Shown here: piece by piece, positions 30,756 through 42,716 of the stretch
How the letters are laid out: every line of letters starts with the position of its first letter
Numbering within the stretch: the first letter of the stretch is position 1
Assembly (NCBI RefSeq): GCF_009914755.1
Contig: NC_060936.1
Length of the DNA: 64,000 nucleotides
Strand: one strand, 5' to 3'
Source of the DNA: the human T2T-CHM13v2.0 reference genome, Homo sapiens
Translations under genes and position numbers: made by a program
The notes under the pieces: model-generated
What the model was told of the DNA's origin: nothing
The model's database searches: none
What the model saw: the letters and a program-made list of their open reading frames with translations, nothing else

Positions 30756-33165
30756 TCACTTTATTACTTGGAGATAGGGATTAAGGATTAGGGAAGCCTC
30801 AAGAAACACAGAAGGTGGTAGTGAGTCTTGAGTTGATTTTAGAAGTATGAGATGGCACTTACATGATGAAATAAGCAACACCAATGGCTCCTGGGTGAGT
30901 GTTTGGCAATTTCCAGGTGGGAGAAACTGTAAATTAAAAACTGTGTCTCCAATATTGGGTATGAGGAGTATAAAAGTGAGAATGAGCTTGAAAATATAAA
31001 AAGGATACACATCATAAGCTGAGAAATGAGGAGTCACTGAAATGCTGGATTTGGAACTAAGGCTCTCAAACTTGTTATATAAGCAAACATTTTTGGCTAT
31101 AAAAGTAAAAACAACAACAAAAAAACTGGAAGAAAACTGAATACTGAGTTAAAACAATGAAAGGAATCAAAAAGAAGGAAGAAAAACATTGATGCTTCTA
31201 GGCAACAAAGCAAACTGTAAGATTATTTTTTGTAAAAAACATCTATATTCCCGATGAAGAAAATGATTTTGCCACAAGCAAAATAAAAAGAATATGAAAG
31301 AGGGAGAAAAAAATTAAACCTTGAGAAAGCTATGGACACAATTTAACTTTGCTCAGGCTGATGGAGTAAGAAGAAAAGATGGAAAGCATCATCAAGAGAC
31401 CAAGAAAAAGCTGTGGGAAATTACAAAGAGCAGAAAAAGCCTAGATCAATTTCCATCTAAAAGTCTGTTTTCAAAAGACACTTGGTTTAGCAAAAATTCT
31501 TTTTATAACCATAGTACTAAACTTTTCTTTGGCCTTCACCATTTTGTGACTTGGAAAACATTTAAAATGCATTAATGGGGTTTGCTAGTGGTTTATGGGA
31601 GCCCAATAAATAACATGCTTTTTTTCTGGACTAAGTTCTGAACAAACTTAAAAATATAAGAACGAATAAAAGTAGCAGAAAGATTAAAATGTTACCAGGT
31701 TAATTTTTTTAAAAAGTTCTCACAGGTTAAAAAAAAAAAAAAAAAGACTGTTCTGTAGCCATGCTAACAAACAGCCATCAGAACAGTTTCATCAAAAGTT
31801 TTACACCATTTTGATATTTCAGTGAATATTCATATTAATGAACTAGGTTTTGCAACCAACCAGTCAGTATTAGACACTCCCTTCCGAAAGTCAGCCAGTC
31901 AGGAAAGCACCCTCTACAAATATACATCTGTGAGTGTCAACCTATCCACAACAGTCTCACCTGAGTAACCCCTCCTAAAAATGGCATCAAACCTATAAGC
32001 TTTTCAAAATCCACTAATCCTAGTGGATTAGAACTTCATGCCACCCCAAACACTTGTAACATCAGTACTCTGCTCTGCCGTGGAGCTGTGCCTGGCTAAT
32101 ATATCTTTTCTTACTATACCAAGCAATATATTTAAATTTTCTTTTTTAAATTTCAGATATTGAATAGCAGTTTAATCACCTGTGACAGGTCTTTATTATT
32201 GAAATAGACTATGTTGGAGGCTCTAAGACAATGTTAGATTCAATGTCCTGCTAACTGAACCCTATAAACAGGCAGCTATCCCAGCTTCAGCATACTAGAT
32301 TGGGGCAAGTCCCACCACTCTGTAGGGCACAGGAACCTGTCCAGATCTGACTGACAGCAAAGTGGAGTAAAGAGCAAGTACTCTTACAAGCAGTTTGTTC
32401 CCAAATAGAAAAAGGTAGAAGCTGAATTGAGCATGCCCAGTTTATTTTTCCTAAATTTACAAGTCAGAAAAATTACTGTACTTTGCCTGAGGCAGAATGA
32501 TTAAAGAGGCAGAAAAATACCAAGAATGAGTAATGAAAGCAGCAGAACAAACACTTAGAGGGCATAGGTAAAGCATTTGTCCTATAATAGGTTCTAGCAA
32601 TTACTTATCCAATATAAAATACAAATAAAACTGCAATAAAAATATGTTAGGCTACAGATGACTATATATTAAGTGGTATCCTATTCAGGCTGCCATAACA
32701 AAATACCATAAACAGGCTAATGTAAACAATAAAAGTTTATTTTGTCACAGTTTGTGGAGGCCGGAAGTCCAAGATCAAGGTACCAGTGAGATAGGTTTCA
32801 GTCTGAGGCCTGTCCTCTTGGCTTGAAGGCAGCTACTATTTCACAGTATGCTCACATAACCTTTTCTTTCTGAAACCTCTCTCTCTCTCCTTCTCCCTTT
32901 TCACATGAAGTGACCAATCCTCCGTGATTAGAGACCCAGCTTCATGATCTCACTTAACCTTAATGAATTCATAAGGACCCTATCTCAAATATAGTCACGT
33001 TGAGGATTAAGGCTTTAATATGTGAATTTTGGAGGGACACAATTCTGTCACTGCCTCCACCAAAAAATTCATGCTCTTTTAAAATGCAAGATACATCCCA
33101 AAAGTCTCAAAAGTTTTAACCCAACCTGGCATCAACTCTTAAGTCCAAAGTCTTATGTAAATATT

Positions 33166-33981
33166 CTTATTTTTTATTTATTTTTATTTCACTAGTTTTA
33201 GGGGTACAGGTGGTTTTTGGTTTCACGGATAAGTTCTTTAGTGGTAATTTCCAAGATTTTGGTGCACCCGTCACCTGGGCAGTATACAATCCACCCAATA
33301 TGTAATCTTTTGTCCCTCACTCCCCTCCCAAACTTCCCCCATGTTCCTAAAGTTCATTACATCATTCTTATGCCTTTGCATCCTCATAGCTTAGCTCCCA
33401 GTTATAAGTGAGAACATACAATATTTAATTTTCATTCCTGAATTACTTCACTTAGAATAATGGCCTCCAGCTCCATCCAAGTTGCTTCAAAAGACATTAT
33501 TTTATTCCTTTTTATAGCAGAGTGGTTATTCCAAGGTGTATATATGCCACATTTTCTTTATACATTCATTGGTTGATGGACACTAGGTTGGTTCCATATC
33601 TTCGCAATTGCAAATTGTGCTGCTATAAACATGCGTGTGCATGTGCCTTTTTCATATAATGACTTATTTTCCTTTGGGTAGATACTCAGTAGTGGGATTG
33701 CTGAATCCAATGAAATATAGTTCTACTTTTAGTTCTTTAAGGAATCTACATACATTTTCCATAGTGGTTATAATAGTTTACATTCCCACCAGCAGTGTAA
33801 AAGTGTTCCCTTTTCACCACATCCATGCCAACGCCTATTATTTTTTACTTTTTAATTACGGCCATTTTTACAGGAGTACAGAGATATCTGATTGTAGTTT
33901 TAATTTCCATTTCCATGATAATCAATGATGTTTAAGATTTTTTTCATATATTTGTTGGTTGTTTGTATATCTTCTTTTGTT
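33166..33981 (-). mobile_element. 5'-truncated L1PB2/PB3 inserted in MLT1A-int, 19-bp TSD
   Basis: L1PB 3' end GGGGTACAGGTGGTTTTTGG; TSD AAAGTCTTATGTAAATATT (33147-33165) / AAAGTCTCATATAAATATT (33982-34000). Confidence 0.9.
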
Positions 33982-35028
33982 AAAGTCTCATATAAATATT
34001 TTAATCAAACAATGGGTGAGACTCAAGGCATAATTCATCCTGTGGCAAAAATTATCCAGCTGTGAACCTGTAAAATCAGATAAGTTATATGCTTCAAAAA
34101 TACAATGGTGAGTTGGGCATAGAATAAACATTCCCATTCCAAAAGGGAGAAATTGAGAGGAAGATAGGGGTGATATGTCCCAAGCAAGTCCAAACCCTAG
34201 CAAGGCAAATGGCATTAATCTTAAAGGCAAATAATAAACTTCTTTGGTTTGATGATTTGCCCTTCAGCCCCATTGGGTTGGCAACATCAACCCATCAACA
34301 GCTCTTCAAGAAGGCCCTATCCCTTTGGCTTGGTGGGGCTACCCTGCCCCCACAGCTGTCTGCCTAGCTTTAACTGAGAGGGGGATCCCATCCTATGAAA
34401 CTGGTGATGAAGCAGCCTTGTCTTCTGAGCCTTTGATGAGAGTGGCAGTTCTGCTGATCTCTGAATTGACTTGTGGGCTATTCTCTCCCTTTCTTGAAGT
34501 ATCCCTCAAGCACGTTCACAGGCAAATAGCTCTATTGTTCCATTGTATAGAATCTCAGAAGTCTAACAGCCTTTATTCCATCCTGCTTTCTCTGTACTAT
34601 CTAGTTCAAACTAGCAGTGTATTCACTGGTATAATCCCTGACTTCTGCTGAGGTGACTGATCACATCTGTGAGTCATATCTATTATATTTTATCAAATGG
34701 TTATCCAGCCACATGCTTAGTGTTCTCTTCAGAACACACTCCATATTTTATAAGATGGATAGACTGAAAATTTTCTATATGTATGAGTTCTGGTTCATTT
34801 TTGCTTAGCAATTCTTTCTATTTATTTCTCTCCTCTCACATTTCGCTATAAGCTGTAAAAAGAAACCAAGTTACTCCTTCAACACTCTGCTTAGAAATAT
34901 CCTCAGCTAAATATAAAATTTCATTCCTCACAAATTCAACCTTCCAAAAAAACCTAAAACACAATTCAGCCTCTTTTTTTTTCACCAGTTTATAGCAAAG
35001 ATATCCTTTCCTCAATTTCTCAATAATC

Positions 35029-35190
35029 AATTAGCCAGGCTTAGTGGCATGCTCCTGTAGTCCTAGCTACTTCCTAGGAGACTGACAGGAAGGTTTCTTG
35101 AGCCCAGGAGATGGAGGCTGCAATGAACCATGATCACATCACTGCACTCCAACCTGTGTGACAGAGCAAAACCTTATCTCAAAAAAGAAA
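35029..35190 (+). mobile_element. Right-arm-only (5'-truncated) AluJ/FRAM inserted in MLT1A-int
   Basis: Starts AATTAGCCAGGC, A-rich tail; TSD AATTTCTCAATAATC (35014-35028) / AATTTTCCAATAATC (35191-35205). Confidence 0.88.
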
Positions 35191-36212
35191 AATTTTCCAA
35201 TAATCTATTCCCCGTTTTCCATGTGAGACTTCACCTAAGATTTCTGGCATTTCTATCAATATTCTGTTCATGATAATATATGTATTCTTTAAGACAATAG
35301 AGGCTTTTTCTATAGTTTTCTTCTTTTCTTCATGAGCCCTCTCCAGAACTGGCTTTAACATCCATATTTCTACCAATAGTCCCTATGTGGGAATGTAGGC
35401 CTTTTCTAGCATGCACCTCAAAACACTTTGAGCCTCTACTCTTTACCAAGTTTAAAATCACTTCCACAATTTCAGGTAATTGTTACAGCAGCACCCCACT
35501 TTACAATTCCTAAATTTATTAGTCAGTTTGTACTGCCAAAACAAAATATAGACTAGGTGGCTTAAAAAACATAAATTTATTTTCTTATGATTCTGGAGAA
35601 AAGAAGATTCTGGTCAGTTTGGTTTCTAGGGATAACTCTCCTCCTGGCTTGTAGACAGTTGCTTTCTTGTTGTGCCCTTCCTTGATCTCTTTTTGGAATG
35701 CAGAAAGAGAGAGAAGAGAAAAAAAAAGAAGCTCTTCGGTGTTTCTTATGAGATCAGGGTTTTACCCTTATTATTTCATTTAATTTTAATTACTCCCTTA
35801 AAGGTTTCATTTCTAAGTATAGCTACACTGGGGATTAGGCATTCAACATATGAAATTTGAAGAGATCCAGACATTCGATCCATAATATTTGGATATCTTC
35901 TGCCTTTTGGCTGTTGTGAATACTGCTACTGTGAGCATCGGTGTACAAATATCTATCTATTTTTGTCCCTATTTCATTTCTTTCATTTCTTTTAAATAGC
36001 CAAAAGATGAATTGCTTGATAATATCATAGCATTTATTCATTTTTTCCAACAATTAACTACCTACTATGCAACAGGCATTATTCTGTGTCTTGAGAACAA
36101 GCAACAAACACAATCATGCCTTGGATTCTTTCTTTCTCGCCACAATTTTCAACCTTAAATCTGTCTAATTCATCACTACTCATCTTTTCAAAATACATCT
36201 TAAATAACTGCC

Positions 36213-38532
36213 TGTATTAGTTTGTTTTCATACTGCTATAAAGAACTACCTGAAACTGAGTTATTTATTTTAAAAAGAGATTAAACTGACTCACAGGTCA
36301 ACATTGCTGAGGAGGCCTCAGGAAACTTACAATCGTGGTGGAAGGTGAAGGGGTAGCAAGGCATTTTCTTCATAAGGTGGCAGGAAGGAGAAGTGGTGAG
36401 CAAAGGAGGAAGAGCCCTTTATAAAATCATCAGATCTGGTGAGAAATCACTCACTATCAATCACAAGAACAGCATGGGGAAACTGCCCCCATTATTTAGT
36501 TGCCTCCACCTGGTCTCTCCCTTGATACATGAGGATTATGGGGATTATGGGATTACAATTCAAGATGAAATTTGAGTGGGGATACAAAGCCTAACCATAT
36601 TATTCCACCCTTGGTCCCTCCCAAATCTCATGTTCCTTTCATATTTCAAAACCAATCATCATATCAAACCTTCCCAACAATCCCCTAAAGACTTAATTCA
36701 TTCCAGCATTAACCCCAAAGTCCAAGTCCCAACTCATCTGAGACAAGGCAAGTCCCTTCTACCTATGATCCTGTAAAATTAAAAGCAAGTTAGTTGCTTC
36801 CTAGATACAATGGGGGAATAGGCATTTAGTAAATACGCCTGTGCTAAATGGGGGAAATTGGCCAAAACAAAGGGGCTAGAGCCCCCAAGCAAGTCTGAAA
36901 TCAAGTAGGACAATCAAATCTTAAAGCTCCAAAATAATTTTCTTTGTCTCCATGTCACACATGCAGGTCACGCTGATGCCAGAGGTGGCGTCCCATGGCC
37001 TTAGGCATCTCCATTCCTGTGGCTTTGCAGGGTACAGCCCACCTCCCAGCTGCTTTCATGGGCTGCCGTTGCAGCTTTTCCAGATTAACAGTGCAAGCTG
37101 TCAATGGATCTACCATTCTGGGATCTGGAGGATGGTGGCCTGGCCCTCTTCCCACTGTTCCACTAGGCAGTACCACAGCTGGGACTCTGTATGGGAAATC
37201 AGATCCCACATTTCCCTTCCGCATTACCCTAGCAGAAGTTCTTCATGAGGGCTCCATTCCTGCATCAAACTTCTGCCTGGACATCTAGGCATTTCCGGAC
37301 ATCTAGGCATTTCCATACATCCTCTGAAATCTAGGTGGAGGTTGTCCAACCTCAATTCTTGACTTCTCTGCACCTGCAGGTACAACACCAAGTGGAAGCC
37401 ATCAAGGCTTGGGGCTTGCACTCTCTGAAGCAAGGGCCTAGGCTGCACATTGGCCCCTTTTAGCCATGACTGGGACATAATGCAGTCCTGAGACTTCACA
37501 ATGCAGCAAGTCTCTGAGCCCAGCTCATGAAACCATTTTTTCCTCCTAGGCCTCCAGACCCATGATGGAAGGGGATGCTGTGAAGACCTCCAACATTCCC
37601 TGAAGACACTTTCCCTATTGTCTTGGCAATTAACATTTGGCTCCTCATTACTTATGCAAATTTCTTCAGTCAGCTTGAATTTCTCCTCAGAAAATTTGTT
37701 TTTCTTTTCTATTGTATAGTCAGGCTGCAAATTTTCTGAACTTTTAAGCTCTGCTTCCCTTTTAAACATAAGTTCTGATTCCAAACCATATCTTTGTGAA
37801 TGCATAAAACTGAATTCTTTTAAGAGTACCCAAGTCACTTCTTGAACACTTTGCTGCTTAGAAATTTCTTCCACCAGATACCCTAAATAACCTCTCTCAA
37901 CTTCAATGTTCCACAGATCTCTAGGGCAGGGGAAAAATGCTACCAATGTCTTTGTTAAAGCATAGCAAGAGTCACCTTTATTCCAGTTCCCAGGAAGTTC
38001 CTCATTTTCATCTGAGACCACTTCAGCCTTGACTTTATTGTCCACATAACATCAGCATTTTGGTCAAAGCCATTCAACAAGTCTCTAGGAAGCTCCAAAC
38101 TTTCCCACAATTTCCTGTCTTCTGAGCCCTCCAACTGTTCCAACTTCTGCCTGTTACCCAGTTCCAAAGTTGCTTCCACATTTTTGGGTATCTTCATAGC
38201 AATTTACTGTATTAGTCTGTTTTCATACAGCTATAAAGAACTGTCCAAGACTGGGTAGTTTATTTAAAAAAAAAAGTGGGGGGTTAGTTGACACAATTCA
38301 GCATGACTCAGGAGGCATCAGGAAACTTACAAATATGGTGGAAGTCAAAAGGGAAGCAAGGCAACTTCTTCACGTGGCAGCAGGGAGAAAAAGTGCCAAG
38401 CAAAGAGGGAAACCACCCCCATAATTCAACTACCTCCATTTTGTCTCTCCCTTGACATGTGAGAATCATGAGGGTTACGGGGATTACAATTCAAGATGAG
38501 ATTTGGGTGGAACACAAAGCCTAAACATATCA
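36213..38532 (-). mobile_element. Full THE1D MaLR provirus (3' LTR 36213-36602, 5' LTR 38208-38532)
   Basis: TGTATTAG...CATATCA termini; perfect 5-bp TSD CTGCC at 36208-36212 and 38533-38537; THE1-int ORF remnants. Confidence 0.93.
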
Positions 38533-41253
38533 CTGCCTTTTAAATTCATCTCTGAGTCCTCTCGACTTGCAAAGTCAAGGTCATCCCCTAAAGCAAGAGT
38601 GACCAAATATTTCCATTTCCCCAGTAGAACTACTGAGGTTTAAAATTTCAAAATTTGTAACATTTTTCACTCTCAAAATCATCCCTCTTTGGAAGATAGA
38701 TTTCACAGTCATATTACCCACAGCCAATTCCTAAAGTGAGACCCTTAAAAAATGTAATACTGTATACTTCTACATGACTATTTTTATTTGCTTAAAAATT
38801 TCATGGAATTTTTTTCTCTTAATTAAATGTCATTATTGTTAAAATGTAAAATATAAATAAACAGTAAGTTAGAATCTAAAAATCTATGGAAACGTTCACA
38901 GAATGTCATATGCAAGAAAAGGAACAATAACTTTCATATGATTAAGGAAACCAGTTATATCATTTCTCCTTATGTGTCACTTCCTCTGTCTTTTACCTTA
39001 CTATGATAAGACTTAAGGAGAACGGGTCAGTAAACTGATTTTGGAAGTATCACCTCATTGTTTCATACTATCAGTTATGAAAACAAATGAGAACTTTAGT
39101 CCAGTCCAGCAACAAAATAAATTCCAAATGGACTGAGGAATTTAAATAATATATAAAAAATAAAGGAAATACCATTAATGTTATAATTTTGGTGAAAAAT
39201 ATCTCTGTAAACTTAGAATTAATTAAAAAATACTAAAGAATGGATATATATGGTAACATAAAATTAGATAAGAAGGAACAAAATGATGTTTATTTATGAT
39301 AACAGCAGTTATTGGAGGCTGTTCTGTGCCAAGACATTTTCTCTAAGATACTAGTGAAAATAAGATACCTGGGCTCGTAACATAAATGGGTAACAGACAT
39401 GGAAATAGTCATATCCTATATCATGGGATGAGAAACAAAGATCTACATGCTTGTGTCTATGTCTACATTTCAGAAATGCTTCCTACTGTTTGTAGCTGCA
39501 AAGCACTAAATTGTTAAAAGTCATATTTATCATACAAATTTTATAGCTTACACTCAAACTGCTACTTTTCAAGAAGAAAGAACGTTTCAATTATTTAAAA
39601 TAAATTAATTCCTCTACCCACCATTTATAAATTAGATTCATGGTTCATACATACTCATCTCTCTACACATAAAGCATCAGGTTTCTACTGATAAAGATTT
39701 CCTTATTATAAGTTTCCTCTTACTACTTCAGTAATTTAATAAAATTTTATCCTTGTTTTCACTATTCAATCTGATCTACTATATTTAAGCCATCTTAATA
39801 TTTTATTTGTCTTATGTGTTTTTTTTCTTCTAATAAGTATTCTTAAATATTCTATAGAAGTAAGAAAGGGCTCATTCACGTAAGGTAAACCTCAGGTAAG
39901 GTACAATTTAGATTCTATTTATTACTGAAATAAATTCTTAATTATATGTAATGTACCAATAAATGGTGATCATATGATTTCCTTATTATTAATTATCTTT
40001 TTGTTTCCATTGTGCCTTTATCATTTGGAGGCATTGGCTATATTGTCATTGGGGGTAATATAGTTAAGAGAACTTCCTCAGTACATCAAGGCCACATTTG
40101 AGCTTTTACTTTATGACTCAGTTTCCCTACTTATTAATGATATTCATCACTTTTTTATAATAAAGACAAGACAATATAGATGACTATGTTGTTATATAGT
40201 CATCTCAGATGAATGATGCCATATAAATTCAAATAAGTAACATTCTCATTACTATTTACATTTATTTGCCCATTTCATAAAAGTGACCCATAGCTTTGCA
40301 CTACATGATATGATTTCTCTTGCTATTCCTCCAACTAATGGATGTAGTTGGTACAATATTATAATGTGTTTGTATATAAAAGATCCTCTTACATATCATC
40401 CTTGAGGGAAATGTTTTGGCATTACTGTTTTCCAAACAATTCCCTCTCATGTAATCTGTTTCACATTATAATGCCCTAGATATATTAAATTGTATTTGTA
40501 CAAGTTAATCTAATTTTCTTCAGTCTGCCCATATTTTCAGATTCCCAGATTCCTTAGCAACAACTCCCAAATGAGATAGCATTGGCAGCATTTTTAAACA
40601 ATTAATACAAAATTCAAAAACTAAGTAGCATCAAACTAAAAGAATTAACCTAGAATACTTCCAAATGTAATACAGATACATTTATAAATTCATTTAGCTT
40701 ACTTCCTTTGATATTTATATTCCAATATAACTTTATATATTCAAAGCAATATTGAATATTTATGAATATTAAGTTATCCTCTTTGCACTAGCGAGTGAAT
40801 CTATTTTATCTTGAAAACTTCTTCATATAAAGACTTAAATAGAAATTTTATATAAAGATTTTCTAATTGCTTTTTGTTTCTTGTAGGTCTTTATTTTAAA
40901 GCAACACAAATCCACTTCGATAAAACTTTCAGAAAAAAATAAATTTTATTGAAAGATATTAAAGAGAGTGGGAAAAAAATTCAAGAAAAATATAAACAGA
41001 CTTCAAAAATGAAGTAAGCCACCATTACATTAGCAATAGGTTATTGTAATCCTTAAACCTGAAGTTTTATTATTAATGTATCTCAGGTTCTAACATCACA
41101 TTTCTGTCTCTCACTGCAAACTCTCAAAAGAAATAAACTGTTTAGCCCAGCCTGATTACATACCTTTGTCTAATCAAGCATGACCAAGTTGAAAGTGTCA
41201 TTTGAAAGACAAATATGTGGCCAACAGTTCTCCTATTTGTGTTTTAGTTTTCT

Positions 41254-41764
41254 AGTGAAAAAGACATGTATATTTAGAATTAGCCAGCTGTATTTGATAT
41301 AAATGATTCCAATTGTGTTGGCAGTATCCAAAACATTACAATCAAGAGCCAGTCAAACATATGCCTCCTTCTGTCCATTAGGCCTGAACAGGGTGTTGAC
41401 CTTGGCCACATCAGTGTCATAGAGCTTCTTCACAGCCTCTTTAATCTGTTGCTTTTTGGCCTTAACATCCAAAAGCGTGTTATATTTTATTTTCTTTATG
41501 GCTGATTCAGTGGTCAGCAACAACTTGATAATGACATAGTGGTCAAGTTTCTTTCTCTTGGGGGTAATCTTCCAAGGATATTTGAGCTGCCTCTGGAGCT
41601 GCAGTATCTTGGGCCACTGGAAGGTGGGTGATGTGCAGATCCTCTTTATTTTTTTGTGGCTGTGGACTCTTTTCAGCACTGCCTTCTTGAGCTTCAAAGC
41701 CTTTGCTTTCACTTTGGCTTTAGGAGGCTTCTGGAGCTTCTTTCTTCATCATCTTGTGAAAAGG
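41254..41764 (-). pseudogene. RPL23A: RPL23A (uL23) processed pseudogene
   Basis: Peptide [20 protein letters not shown]...[25 protein letters not shown]; intronless; 5' CCTTTTCACAAGATG leader; ATG frame stops after [10 protein letters not shown]; CGA>TGA stop at 41353; 3' UTR remnant present. Confidence 0.95.
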
Positions 41765-41934
41765 CTCTATTTTTTTGAATAAGTGTGTGAGACTATCAGT
41801 GAAGAGATGATGGCAGCACCACACTACCAGACACCTAAAGCTCTCTTATCCCATCCCAAATGTAAATATGGCAAGCTTGTTATCCCATCACAAGCATACA
41901 TAAGGTAGGCTTGGATAATGTCATGTAAATATTT

Positions 41935-42706
<772 letters not shown>

Positions 42707-42716
42707 AAAAAATAGT

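Larger units (their letters stand above)
32676..35887 (-). mobile_element. Two-LTR MLT1A/MLT1A0-type MaLR provirus (LTRs ~32676-33050 and ~35515-35887) with nested L1PB and Alu
   Basis: Both ends resemble MLT1A LTR (GCTGCCATAACAAAATACCA, AAGTCCAAGATCAAGG, TTCAACATATGAAATTTG); internal ORF remnant ILYLAEDISKQSVEGVTWFL is homologous to the THE1-int peptides in this window. Confidence 0.82.

Noticed and set aside
40887-41013. Candidate exon (TTCTAAT branch, TTGTAG acceptor, GAA/GTAAGC donor)
   Set aside because: 127 nt, very A-rich and resembles an old MaLR/LTR remnant; probably a pseudo-exon without RNA evidence
41353-41712. 119-aa RPL23A-like ORF as a functional retrogene
   Set aside because: Starts at GTG; the true ATG frame stops after 10 codons; premature TGA, an internal deletion and many substitutions in a highly conserved protein
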